This document shows, piece after piece, positions 38,501 through 51,789 of a DNA stretch of 64,000 bases (position 1 is its first letter; every line of letters begins with the position of its first letter). The position numbers and the translations under genes were made by a program. The notes beneath the pieces are model-generated. The model saw only the letters and a list, made by a program, of their open reading frames with translations. It did not search any database and was not told the origin of the DNA. Source of the DNA: Epiperipatus broadwayi (taxonomy: Eukaryota > Animalia > Onychophora); contig JAQFVV010000011.1 of the NCBI GenBank assembly GCA_028023455.1, positions 4,712,001-4,776,000 of the forward strand, given 5' to 3'.

Positions 38501-39081
38501 TTACTCTCAATTAATTACATCTTTAAATTAATCTAAAAAGATTTTTGATGTTCTCTTTTTCATTTTTCAAAATAAATTGTCCATGATTCAATCATTACTT
38601 TTAGATTTTAATTCAATTCAAGCAAAATTATTTACTCGTTATCTTTTAAAATATATAGATTTTTAAATGTCATTTTTACCAAAGAAATTATTTAAAATTT
38701 CATTTTCATTATATATAATGCTACTCACCATTGTATATACCTTTACGTGTGCTTCTCTTTGTGAGTTGGTCTTGGTAAAATGGATATAGTCCAGGATTGT
38801 CATAATCAGGAAGGTATAATCAGGTATGTTGGCATTCTCCTTTCTGTCTAGGGCTTGATGAACTTCAGGCCAGAAAACTGTTTTTAGAACACATTTGTAC
38901 AGACTAATTGGTCCATTTTATGTTGACCCAGTCTTCAAGTGAATCAAAACTCCAGCATTCAGAACTAGCAGACTGCTCACTGCTGGATCTACTGGATTGA
39001 CTTCAGCTACATCTTCATGGGAGCTATTTTTATTTTCATAACTCTCCAAAACCCAATTCTGTTGGGAAACTGCTTCACAAA

Positions 39082-39144
39082 AAACTTTATTTAAACTTTC
39101 CAAATACATCACTAACATGTATTTGGAAAGTTTAAATAAAGTTT
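39082..39144. repeat. Perfect 28-bp inverted repeat with 7-nt loop
   Basis: AAACTTTATTTAAACTTTCCAAATACAT-CACTAAC-ATGTATTTGGAAAGTTTAAATAAAGTTT. Sequence to about 39240 resembles 19653-19770. Confidence 0.9.
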
Positions 39145-39944
39145 AAAATTTTCGATACATTCAACATTCACTCATAAATGATGGAAATAGTCCAACATAT
39201 CACATCTTATAATATACCATCATTACAAACCTTCAGACATATACTAAGACAAAAACTGTCTTAAAAAGTTCCTATCCAAACTTTGAAGCTGGCCTATTTG
39301 GCCACTGCTTTTCAAAATATTAAAACCAAACTCTTCTGGCCAGCTCTCACAAAAAGTGCAAGCCAAAACTGAACTTTTCAAAAACTGCTATCCAGACTAA
39401 AATATTTTTGTATCCAACCCTTTTATAGACTTGGATTGGAGGTGATACATTTCAGACTTTTCAAACTGTCTAATTTTTATCTTGATTAAAATCAATTTTA
39501 ATCTTTTCAAAACACTTTGGAAGCACCTTTGAAATTTTATCAAAAGTGTGATTACATGATTTCACTTTAATGCTTTGGAATTTTTAATATACAAACATTT
39601 TAAAAAATATATAAAGAAATGTATACAAGCATTGATTAAAAGAGTTTCAAAGATAGATATTTTTACAATTATCAGTAGATATGCTTGTTTTTAAATTTCA
39701 AAATCAACAAATAATAATATTTAGACCTTTTAAAATGTTTTAATTTAGAATAAAATTCTGTTTTTATCCAGAGTTATTTAACTCTTTATTTATTATTTTT
39801 TATTTCAGGAAATGTAGAAAAATATCTACAAAAATTTATGTCTGTGTTATTTCTACTTTTCATTTACTTTATATATATGCACACACACTATATTATTATG
39901 TGCCATATAATAGACCTGTTATAATATATATATATATATATACT

Positions 39945-41245
39945 GTCAATCAATCAAATTATACATATCTTGAAATAATAGACAACTGTTTTGTATGCAA
40001 TTTAATTTAATATCATCAAATTGATTTTCATTTACAAATGAACCTTTTCAAGACACCATTTTTAAAAATTAATCATGTGACAATAAACATTTTACAGCTT
40101 TATACATTTCTTAAATTGGTCATCATTAGAAATAAACCCATGAAAAAATAAAAAATATCATTATTATTATTATAAATGTGCACATATGTATACATCCATT
40201 ATAAATTTTCTTATTCATATTTTTCTTTCTTATACCTACTATCTATCATTAAATAAACACCTCCTATCTTTTACTATTAATACATATGCATTCATATATA
40301 TTGCAGCTACTTATTTTCTAACATTGACAATTTCCCTCCCAATTTTATCAAACCATTGACCATATTAATATATATACATCCATTATACATTCTCGTATTC
40401 ATTTTTTATCTACCTTATAACTACTATCTATCAACCAACAAATAATTCCTATTTTATACTATCAATACATATATACAAACCTATATATTCTTATATATTG
40501 CAGCTTCCAATTATCTAACAGTGATCACTTTCCTCCCAATTTTAGCAAATCATTGATCATATTAATGCATTTATTTATGTTTTCTTGTATATTTAATATT
40601 TCATAATATTGTCTTTCTTTAAAATTTTTACTATACTTTATTACCTTTACATTTGCCTAACAATTTATTATATGCCCTGTTTCTAAATAATGATTATATG
40701 TCCAGACTTAGTATCTTTTCTTTTTATTGTATTGATAGTATGAGACACGAATTGTTTGTTGTTTGATAGATATTAGTTATAAGGTAGAAAAAAGATGAAT
40801 AAGAGAATGTATAATGGATGTATGTATATTAATATAGTCAATGGTTTGATAAAATTGGGAGGTAAATGGTCAATATTAGAAAATAAGTAGCTGTAATATA
40901 TATCAATGAATATGTATTGATAGTATAAGAGGGGAGTTGTTTATTTGGTGATAGATAGGAGGTATAAAAAAGAAAAAGATGAATAAGGAAATGTATAATC
41001 GATGTATACATATGTGTGTATTTATAAATATAATATTTTTATTTTTTTATGGATTTATTTCTAATGATGGCCACTAGAGGTATAAAGCTGTAGAACATTT
41101 ATTGTCACATAATTAACTTTTAAAATTAATATCCCGAGAAGGTTCATTTGCGAATGAAAATCGATTTGATAATATTAAATTAAATTGCATATAAAATAGT
41201 TGTCTATTATTTCCAGTTATGTATAATTCGATTGATTAAGTGTTT
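39945..41245. repeat. Foldback with ~500-bp arms built partly from a ~185-bp tandem unit
   Basis: 39945-40445 is the reverse complement of 40745-41245. 40195-40378 is repeated at 40379-40560. Confidence 0.85.
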
Positions 41246-42379
41246 ATAAGATTTGGCAACATTATGGCCATATAAGTTACTAGAAAATGACTATAAGAAT
41301 ATATATATATATATATTGTAATTCTCCAAAATGTATATCTCCGCAAATCACCCAAGGGCAATTTGTATGGGATCTCCACATTCCAACATCACAGAATAAA
41401 CAACATTTTTTTTATAGCCTGCTAAGATCAGATAGTCACATGAGGCTCTCTAACATAATCCCATTAACCACATTGATTGCAAAATAATGACAAATGCTAA
41501 AAGCAATGAGGCAGTACAATTTATTCAGGAATATACAAGTTTATAATACACATATGTTAGCATAAATTGACTGCCTATCAATTTATAAACAAGTTAGTAA
41601 GATTAGTTATTTATGCTTCAATAATTAAGTTTATGCACAGATAATATATGGTATAATACATTCTGCATAGATCAACGGTTACAACTATTTATTATTACAG
41701 TTTTAAGATTAATTAACCCACAGTTTGAGGATATGCTGTATTTATTAACTATTTAAAAAACTGGACTGCTATAAATACTCTCAGGCCCTAATTTGGGTCA
41801 TTAACTAAATGCTATATGTGCAAATGTAAAAGGTAACATCTGTGTTACATTATCTATGAATAAATAAATACATGTGAGCTAGGAATACACTATACAATAG
41901 GAATTTTGATCTATCATGTATTATTGTAAAGATACTAAGCTGAGAGTGAAGGGCACTTTGCAAATGGTATCACCCAAGACATCTAAAGAAATAAACAAAG
42001 CAGATTGTATATGGTAGGAATATCATCTACCATATACCATTGCTCTAAGTAAGATAATGACTGCAAGGGATTAGTAATCTCAACAGTATCACAATAATTT
42101 ATGATTAACTAAAAAACATACAAATAAATTGCATATATAAACAAGACAGCCCAAAATAAAATTACAGCAGTTCACTTACATCAACATGCCCAAATTATCC
42201 TTCCCCAAATCTGAAGGGTAGTTTGCTTAAAATTGTAATGTTTTAAAAGATAATTAAAAGTTCGAGCTTGGACTTCAGATATTGGTATACTTTTAGTGGA
42301 CTTCAATTGTTCAACCATAACTATGGTGTTGGTAGGTTTTAATCATATTATTCTTAATTTGACTTAGAAAGAGATCACG

Positions 42380-42495
42380 GGTGAGATGGATGGATGAAAC
42401 AAAGTATGCTGGGATGATGTGGAAAAGAAAGGCTATATATTGGAGAAGATGGTTTGAATTTGGAGAGATTTATTCTGCAAGTGGATTGACAATAA
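42380..42495 (+). mobile_element. RTE LINE 3' end fragment
   Basis: gtgagatggatggatgaa...ttggagag...ctgcaagtggattga matches the other RTE 3' ends. Confidence 0.7.
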
Positions 42496-42746
42496 TTGAA
42501 AATAACTATGACTATCTTGTATATATATATTTGTGTGTGTGTGTGTGTGTGTGTAGTTCTTTACATTTTTAGCAATAGCTAAGTTATTCAGGGAAAAGAT
42601 ATTTATTTTAAGCACTATCAGATATTTATTTTAGACACTATTTCTTTTTCTTCTAAGTGTTCCATTTTTAATCCAATCTTTGACAAAATATAATTTTGAA
42701 AGTAGGAAGTAAATTCATTTCTTAATAAAGTAGCAAATGACCTGGG

Positions 42747-42786
42747 CCAATTGATGAGTGTAGGTTCAGCACGAAATGCACCTTGG
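42747..42786 (+). ncRNA. Decayed hammerhead motif (HHR-C type)
   Basis: CCAA-TTGATGA-GTGT AGGTTC AGCAC-GAAA-TGCACC-TTGG. C3 is mutated but CACGAAA is retained. Flanked by complementary aaatgacc / ggtcattt. Confidence 0.55.
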
Positions 42787-43299
42787 GGGTCATTTGTCTT
42801 TTATTGTATCTTTATTTATATGAATTTAAAAAGAATGGGGAAGTAGGGAAGTGTTTATTATTTCTATAAAGATATTACATACAGGACAGAGAAAGGTGAA
42901 TAACTCTGTGTGTGTAAATTTAAAAAATCAGATATATTAATCTTTAATTGAGGTTTAAAGTTTATATCTGTGTTAGAGATAATCTCTAGTTTTGAAAATG
43001 ATTAGTAATAATCATTAGTGTATTTATCAGAAATGGATGGCGTCAAAGTTGTGAGTGGAGGAAGTTTGACAATGGTAAATGAAAATGTAGCAAATGAACT
43101 AATAATAAAAATATATGAATTTACTATTTGAATAATAAATGTAAACTCATTTTACCATATTGCTATAAATGTGCCACTTTTTCTAATCTTATAACCTATA
43201 ATTTCAATTATTTTTTAGGTGAAAATTTGAGCATATCGATTTTGTGAGATTAGGAATAAAATTCCAAATCTTTGGATCATATTTTCTGTTTATATTTTT

Positions 43300-43830
43300 A
43301 AATAGAAATTCTTCTATTTTTGTGGAGAATCTCTTTTATCGAGTTGAAACAATTTCATCTGGAGGATCATCTCTGAATATAATAAATAAAATATATGACA
43401 GAATTGAATTCTGAGGGAAACCATTCTATAAAATTTTATATTTATGATTATCATTTATCACTTGACTTATGGAGAGCATTTTGTGAAGTAAATTAATGGA
43501 TTTTTGAATTTAAGGATTCTGGAAATTTTTGGAATATTTCTCTAAACAAAGTCTTAATCTTAAGTTAGATCATACAAAATGCCAACAGTTATTTCAAAAA
43601 GCCCATTTTAGAGTGAGATGTTAAAAATAGTTCATCTCAACTCCATTCTGGTTTAAATCTTGTCTGATCTTATTATAAATATTCTCAACCACTATTGTAA
43701 TTCACATGAGGATTTTTCTTACAACTAAGAACACATAATAATGATACTGGCTGATAATTTTGGAGATCATCGTTAGGTTTGTTAGGTTTTATAATTACTA
43801 TAGTTTTTGCTTTCATATCCATTTTTAAAA
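43300..43830 (-). pseudogene. Non-LTR RT remnant of jockey/I/Vingi type
   Basis: Minus strand gives KAKTIVIIKPNKPNDDLQNYQPVSLLCVL and NGFPQNSILSYILF (cf. KPGK..DDPKNYRPISLL, NGLPQGSVLAP.LF). Confidence 0.7.
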
Positions 43831-44624
43831 TAGTTTTTATATGGATTAAGGTTTCTGAATAGTTTTTCCAACCATGCTTTGAGTTTGAATCATAATTTTT
43901 TAAAAAAACAACAACTTGATTTTATTAGGTTGAGATTAGGGAACATTGTGGAAGAGAAATTGCAGTTCTACTCTGATACAATTGCATCACTTGGAAGTCA
44001 TATTAACAGTGGCAGAAGTATATCTTGTAGAGGTGATTCTGCTCCCACAAAGACCTAAATAAAAGAGATTAGTGCTTTTGATTAAATCTTTAAAGTTTTG
44101 CTTTTAGTAATCTCTCTTCATTTTTTTTCTTTAACATAATCAAGAATTTTATAAGTTTATCAACAATTTCTAGATCTTTGATAGACATATATTAATTATA
44201 AGTTTATGAAATATATCATAACAATGCAGGATGAATGGGATTCTATCAATTTTTCATGATATCCAGTATTTTGTCTCCTTTAAAATTCCATCTTTGAATT
44301 GAGTGACTTTAAATTATGGAAATGCAAGATTAATCAGTTCTGAGTGAACCATAACACAAATCAGGAATTATTTCTGTGCTTCATCAATCTAAATGGGAGT
44401 TTCCTCCTTGTTTGGTATTGGTAAGCATTGCATTGGGTTTGAACATCTATTCTCAAATTTGATAACCTATTTTATCCTCAATTGCAGATGGAAAGACTAT
44501 TACGAGAACTGAAATCTGAGAAAAAGTACAGAAGCTGCAGGAAGATCAGAAAAGGCAGGGCAGAACCAGTTTACATTGGGAGATTATTAAACATTGCATT
44601 ATATAGGTTATCTATGGAGATAAT

Positions 44625-44775
44625 GATTGAAACAGGCAATACTCTCCATACAGTAGTGCCACTCAGCGCAAGCCAGAGTAATCAATGGATGCCAGAAGGC
44701 TTGTGCATAAAATTACTATCTAGTGCCTATTCATCCAATATCCCCAGACTATATGGTGATCATGTGATGTTTAGT
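44625..44775 (-). mobile_element. HHR-B fragment ending at the ribozyme cleavage region, followed by an inverted family end
   Basis: aaacaggcaatactctccatacag...tatccccagacta, then tatggtgatcatgtgatgtttagtg in the opposite orientation. Confidence 0.78.
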
Positions 44776-45139
44776 GAGATAATGATTGCTATATCATTCT
44801 AAGTATCTTCAATAAGAAAAATGTACATTACTAAAAGAATGATGACTTTCTGAGTTTCGATTTTTGATTTTGACATATCCTCAATAATTAATTAAAATAG
44901 TTCTATTGTGTTGTCCATAGAGGATATTACTTGTCCTGAGCAGTTTAATAATTGTAAAAACCAAATAGTGATTTTGCATTTTGAGAGCCTATGATCATCA
45001 TCTTTATCGTTCTGGAAGCAACTATCCTTTACGTAAATAGCTTTGATGTGTGATTTCATAATTTTTTGTCTTTAATCAGAAGTAACAAACGATGAAGTCT
45101 GATTTTTCAAGAGTATATATTACATTCAAATATCAGCCT

Positions 45140-45800
45140 TTCAAGCTAATTGCGCATGCGTCTTTTGAGAGTGTTAAATAATAAACATATATTATTTTTC
45201 AAGTCAATTCGTGTTCTTACGGGTCGGTAACATTTAGTTTATAATTGTATTGATTAATATTAACAGTTTGAGTAAGCATAGAAATTGGTGATCATGTGAA
45301 GTTTATTGATTAATATTGTTTTTACTATTGGTTTGTAAGGAAAATTATTATATAGTGACCGATCTTTATTCATCTCTTTATCATTTACAAAGAGGAGATT
45401 ACAGTTAAGGATTATTAACGAAATTATTCACAACTACGCAGTATAAGATACATACTTATACAATATATACAAATATTTAAAAACATCATATTTCTTATAA
45501 TAATAAAAGTATAATTTATTTTACAAACTATTATTCTTTTTTATTTAAAAATGAACATTTTTAAAATATATTAATTAAGCTAATAATTACCTTTTTTTTT
45601 TTTTTTAAGATTAAAACTAAACAAATAATTAATTTTATTAATGTAAATACTGTTCATAAATCATATTATACTGAAATTCTGTTTAATTTCTGGAGTAGAC
45701 TGTATTCTGATCGCTGTACTTTAATTTTATATTGGCGCCGGAATTAAATACTGTTTTCGCTTCTGAAGGTGCCAACCTGGTGGAGAAGTCTCTAGAAAAA
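45140..45800. promoter_or_regulatory. Candidate CpG-retaining promoter-like region
   Basis: More CpG than the flanks, with an NRF1-like TGCGCATGCGT (about 45150) and an E2F-like TTGGCGCC (about 45733). Motif resemblance only. Confidence 0.25.
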
Positions 45801-46805
45801 AAAAATGGACTTTTGCTCAAAGGTGTATATCAATTTTTTAAAAAGAAAAAAAAAATACTGGCATTACTAACTAAATGATAGAAATTATCTTTTAACAATT
45901 TAATAATTACTATTGCCAAGCTAATTTTCGGGTACCAGACATTGACGGAAGGATTTAAAAATTGAACCTCGGGAAGCAATTATTTATTTATATATTTAAT
46001 AAATTTAACTCAGCTAGAGCAAATTCACTTTTTGTTGTTAAGAAGCTTTGGATTTCTTTTTTGAAATATAGTATAAACAGTAAAAATAAGGTAGTAGTTG
46101 TGCTTAGTGTTTTTTTAATTGGTAGCATTTATTAAGTTCAATGTGACACAGTTATATATATACTGTACAGAATCACTTGATATAGAAATAGCGCAATTGC
46201 CTAATCATACTATCACCTTGGAGTTTGAATCTGGGTGTGATCAGCCAGACAATTTTTTTTGTTTTTATCCAGCTAGCCAGCTCACCGCTAAACTATCTAG
46301 CCATCTAATATTAGTCGGTTAATGGGTATTTTAGCTATTTTTTTTGTAGAAAAAGAAAAATCACTTTAAACTTTCAGCACCTCTCATTTGGAAATCTTGG
46401 TGACAATTGTCCTTTCCTTGACTGTTGTTAGATAGGTCTTTGACTTGCAGCAAACTATTCAAGAGTTGTTTTATTTTTATATATACCATACTGTGTATAT
46501 ATTTAGTAAAGACTTTACTGTGTTAATATGCATGCAATGCTCAAGATTAAACCTCAATGTAATATTTATTATAGATAACTGAAATATTCTATAAACCTTA
46601 GCATAAGGTTTTAATTTTTTCATTAGAAAATCAATACCATCTGTGTAATTTGTTTTCTTTATATAGTCCGAAATGCTTTAGATTAGAGGATTGAATTTGC
46701 ATGAAATTTATTTCCAGATATTTTTAAATTGATTGCCATAATTAGTTGATAAGTTTGAGATTTCTCTCACCGTTAATTTTTCCAACAAGGATTCAAATGA
46801 TGTTG

Positions 46806-46870
46806 TAGATCTGAAGAAGACTGCTAGTACAGTCGAAACTTATAATAAATAAAATTATTTGCTTAAAGTG
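46806..46870 (+). ncRNA. Decayed Penelope-type hammerhead motif (HHR-E related)
   Basis: CTGAAGA-A-GACTG CTAGTA CAGTC-GAAAC followed by AATAAA. Stems I and III pair poorly. Confidence 0.55.
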
Positions 46871-47223
46871 TTAAAGGAGTATTGATGAAGTTTATAGTGA
46901 TATAAATATCCATCTAATGTTCAAGAATAAATCTCAATTAATTGAAATGCCCTCTAGCGATTTTCTATAGAAATTGAACCAGCAGATGTGCGAAATGCTG
47001 TAAAAAAATATAATTTTCAGAAAGTAAAACATTTTGAAAATGGTTGCATTTTTATTATTATAAAATTATATTTTATTTGTTAATCAAAAAAATAAATTTC
47101 ACTTTTATTTAGACATGAATTTTTATGCTTTAAGGCTGTTTCTGAATTTCTCATTAAATTTCTGAATAATTGACAAATATAAAGTGACTTATAATTTATT
47201 TTCGATTAGAAATTCAAATCAAC

Positions 47224-47320
47224 ATTAATAGTTACCTAAAAACTGCTATGATTCAAGACAGATTATCTAATTTGATATTATTATTCAATGAACATCAATT
47301 ATATGAAACTTCAAATTAAT
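47224..47320 (+). pseudogene. hAT transposase C-terminal dimerisation-domain remnant
   Basis: INSYLKTAMIQDRLSNLILLFNE (cf. IKNYLRSTMSQERLSNLAILSIE). Confidence 0.5.
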
Positions 47321-47363
47321 TTAAATAAATAATCGGATGGAGCTACTGTTTGGGAATTCATTG

Positions 47364-47550
47364 GCCACAAGCCAGAAACTAGTCTGGAGATATTGCATGA
47401 GTAGGCACTAGATAGGGATTTTATGCATAAGCCTTCTGGCATCCATTGATTACTCTGGTTGGCACACGGTGGCACTACTGTATGGAGAGTTTTGCCTTGT
47501 TTAATAACAATTATGTGCTAGTATAAGAGATGGTGATCATGTGATGTTTA
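47364..47550 (+). mobile_element. HHR-B copy truncated inside the ribozyme (starts at stem II)
   Basis: ggccacaagccagaaactagtctggagatatt...gagagttttgcc...ggtgatcatgtgatgtttagtggtttaaaa. Confidence 0.83.
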
Positions 47551-49464
47551 GTGGTTTAAAATGATAAGTAATAAATAAATAAATTTTATAAGTGCAATTC
47601 ATTATAAATTTTGAGATTATTTAGATAGCCAATATTGGTCAGTAAATGGATGTCTATTTATTATTAGCTAAGGGTAATCATCCCAGGTTGATCTGGGTTC
47701 AGTTGTAATATGTTGGAGATGTTATCCTTCTATGAGTATTTCTATGTGCTCAATTAAGAATATTAACTGTATACATACATACTTTTAATAAGCGAAATGT
47801 ATATATTATAAACTTATGTAATATAAACTCATGTAAGATAGAAAATTTTACAACAAAGAAAAATAAAAGTCAAAAATTCAATTAAAATTATTAAATAAAA
47901 AAAAAACAATTTGGAAATAAGAAAAAAAAACGAATTAATAAATGTAATTAATTGTTTCTAATAAAGTAAGTTAAAATGGACAAATAAAGAAATGTTTGGA
48001 GATTGAGATTATTCCAAAGAATGAAATGGAAGAGATGATCGTGTATCAAACAAGAAAGAGTACTTAGAAGGATCTGGATTGGCTTCAATACCCAGTAACA
48101 TTCTAGCTGAAGGTCAAACTGGAATATAGTTATTCTAAAAGACATTTTGATCTAAAATATAAATTTTGTAAACCTTTGGTAAAAACTTGTAATTAACTTT
48201 CTATCTTCAAAAGTTTATTATACAGTCAATATTGTAAAATTCGGATTTATTTAACTATTAATACTTAATGTTACTGAATTAAATATTTATATTAATCTAT
48301 TTTGCTCTGGTAGTCTTTTTATTATTTTGTGTTTTCTGTGAATTTTTCTTCTATTAGTCATATGGCAATTTGTCTGAAGATTCCCGGGACTCAGCAAGTA
48401 TTGAACGTATGGTTTTGTCGTTTATCTTAATTCGCACTCAAGAAATGAAAGCTCCGATCAGTACTGAAGTTTATTGCTTTGTTTTTTTAAATATTAATTA
48501 TCTTCAAAGTATAGTTTGTTATAGTTGGTTAATTTAGCATTTTATCACGATGCAAAATTTAAAACAGTTTACTATAAAGTAGAAAAAACTAAATCAAATC
48601 AATCCGTTTTAAACTCAGGATAGCAGTTTTGCTACATAGAACTAGCATGTTGGAATTGTTAAAAGTTTAATGTTATCAATTGACTAGAAATTGATACCAT
48701 TGGGTACTATACGCAATCCACGTTATAGGTAGGCCTATAGTGCTTTGTGGTAATAGTTCTTTTTCGTAATTTACTCGTCATTAAAAATCCGACAGATACT
48801 CTTTAGTAATAAAACTAATATAAATTTAACACGTAATAATCTATTTATAAAATCATTCATTATTGTGAACAGTGATTAAAATATTTTTATTCATACTTTC
48901 GTATACTAAATAAAAGTTAAGCATATATTAATATACACCCACGTATATTTTCTTATATGTTTGCTTAGAAGGCACATGCTAACACCTACATATGGACATT
49001 AAATTATTTTTTAATCCTTATAAATATGGTTTTTAATACTTTTTCCTGAACTTATCGGTAGATTATAAGCATGTAGGTGGAAATCATTTGAAGAGTCTTT
49101 GATACATGATCTTTAGCAGAGAAACTTGAAGGAAAAATATTTGCATTAAAAAAAAAAAAAACTAAGATAAAAAGAACAATATATAAAAAAAATTGATTAT
49201 TGTACTAATTTGCATTAAAGATAATAAAATATCTAACTTTAAAAATAGTTGGGTTTTTTCCTCTATTATTTTAATAAATAAAATAATCGTTGGTTTGTAT
49301 AGTATAATGTGATATATAATTTCAAGTCTGTTTTAGACTTTTGAAAGTTGCCGACAAATTTATGATTAATCTGATAATATTGTGTTCTATCACTTTATTA
49401 AATAATGAACATAACTGAGTAAATGTACGTAAAAAATGGAAGGTCGCTTTGGAATATTAAAATT

Positions 49465-49795
49465 CATACCACATGATCACCATTTCTTATGCTTCCTTAT
49501 AACTGCTATTAAAACAGGCAAAGCTCTCCATAAAGTATTGCCACTCAGTGCAAGCCAGAGTAATCAATGGATGCCAGAAGGCTTGTGCATAAAATTCCCA
49601 TCTAGTATCTACTCATCCAATATCCTCAGACTAGTTTCTGGCTTGTGACCTTCATCAGTGAGGAGCTTTGGACCTGAGAGCACTGCACCTAGATTCTGGG
49701 GATTTTATGCACAAGCCTTCTGACATTCATTGATTACTCTGGCTTGCACTGAGTGGCAATACTGTATGGAGAGTTTTGCCTGATTTAATAACATT
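49465..49795. mobile_element. HHR-B foldback (minus copy, then partial plus copy)
   Basis: 49505-49695 is a minus-orientation copy. 49700-49790 is the reverse complement of 49505-49595. Confidence 0.85.
49623..49664 (-). ncRNA. Minimal type I hammerhead ribozyme (HHR-B)
   Basis: TCCTCA-CTGATGA-A-GGT CACAA GCC-A-GAAA-CTAG-TC-TGAGGA, with a fully Watson-Crick stem I. Confidence 0.77.
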
Positions 49796-50574
49796 AATAT
49801 TGAGGGATATTAATGAGACTTTGATTTTTTAAAATTCTAACTATACTTTATTATTCAGAATAGCAATCATGTCACAAGTTGGTTAAAGCTATATACTGAT
49901 TTTAGTAAAAAAAATAATTCCAGTACATAACATTCTCTCAAATAAATATCAAATTACCTGTAACATTTTGAGACATGGACTTTAATGTATTATTCACAGA
50001 GGATGTAGCCAAAAATTTCTTAATGTTTGAAAGTGATTTGATATTATATATTTTAGTATATTGTAAGTTGTAAAGTTAATTCCAGTGTTTTGTTTCATTA
50101 TAAATTACATTATTTTGTCTGATATTATACATGTATATGTTGATAGCAAACATACATTTGTGTTTAGCAACTACTACAATGTATATTGTAATGATAAATG
50201 TGAGAAGCCACTTGTGTGGTTAGAATCCTCTGGCAGAAGAAACCACTAGATTCACAATCTAAATTCCAATATCGATGGTAGAAGTATGCTACAATATAAC
50301 ACTGGTAGCAATGCTTGTATGTGAATACATAATTCAATGCTGTTTTTTATGTTACATTATGTATTACTTTATTCTTTCATTTTATCTTTGTGGATGCTTT
50401 TTAATTTTTAAAAAAATAATATACATTTTTGAATATAATTTTACTGCTTCATGTTGATAGCCAAAATAGTATCAGCCAATACTTTGCTTAGTTTAGGCAG
50501 TAATATTTAGAGGATAATAATTGGCATTAAAATCTTTCTAGTCAAAGTCATCTGTGAATTTCAGTATGATGATG

Positions 50575-51455
50575 CACATAAAATCCTATTTATAAAAATG
50601 CAACAGCAACTATTAGATTACATAATGATACTAGGAAGGTTAACATTGAGAAGAGTATGTAAGATAGGGTGACTCCATATTTCCAAAACATTTTACAGCA
50701 GTGTTGCAAAAAATATTTTGTGGATTAAAATATAAGCCTAAAGGAATAAAAGTAAATGGAAATTATTTAAGTCATTCAGATTTTACAGATTGCAAGAGTT
50801 ATCAAATGAAAGTAAAAAAGTAGGACTAAAGATAAATGTTAAAAAGACTAAAGTAATGTTCAATGGATTTTCTCAAAAGATAAAAATAAAATAGATTATG
50901 ATGAAGTTAGAAGGACAAATACCTTGGTCAGATTATTACTACAGATGGAAATATAATGGATTAAATTAATTATAGAATTAAACTTGTTTGGAGTGCATTT
51001 GGTAGAAATAATTTACTAAAAGAAAAAAAAGGAAGATTTTTAATAAATTGCGTTTTACCAGTTGTCACTTATGGATCTAAGATTTGACACTTAATAGAAG
51101 AGCAATACAAAGATTTCTGACAACCTTAGGAATAACAAGAAGAGATTGAAAACACAATATATGGTTAAGAGAACTAACAAGTGTTACTGACATTGTTGAA
51201 AGAATTAAAAAACTGAAGTGAAGTTGGGTTGGTCATATTGCTAGAAGAGATGATAGACATTTGAAATCTTAAACTGGATTCCAAGAGATTATAAAATATC
51301 CATAAAGAGACTACAGGTGAGATGGATAGATGAAATAAGAAAGTGTGCAGGGGTGATGTGGAGAGGGAGAGAGACCAGAGATCAGAGAAGATGGCTTGAA
51401 CTTGGAGAAACCTTCATCCTGCAGTAGAATGGTTGACAGTGATGATGATGATTAA
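50575..51455 (+). mobile_element. 5'-truncated RTE LINE
   Basis: Aligns with 4940-5866 (aaaaatgcaacagcaac...gatgatgatgat). Confidence 0.88.
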
Positions 51456-51789
51456 TGATAATGTGATCTGCAACTATGAGTTCTTATTTGACTACAAAAA
51501 AATACAAAGCTTCAAAATAACTAATAAATAAAAAAAAATTATTTAATTTATTCAGTGACATTAAGTCCTTTTTTTAAATATATGTGCAGAACAATATATA
51601 TTTTACTAATACTATATATATGCTCATAAATCTATTTTATCACTGAAATTCTTCCCAAACTACTACATAATATCACTACTGTTAAACATTAACAACATAT
51701 TTCAATATTTCTTTTTCTTTAACCATAACTTATTTTCGTTTCTTTCTATCAGTTATTATTAATTTTACTTATGAAAATATTTCTTTAAC

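Noticed and set aside
38729-39118. Minus-strand coding-like stretch ending in a GTGAGT donor
   Set aside because: Needs stop readthrough or frameshifts to be continuous and matches no family I recognise; possibly decayed transposon coding sequence.
43850-44620. Further LINE-like peptides (LYKIY, WKDYYEN) and ORF 44482-44802
   Set aside because: Too degenerate to assign. The ORF runs into an HHR-B repeat, as do ORFs 13997, 49436 and 56666, so it is not a host gene.
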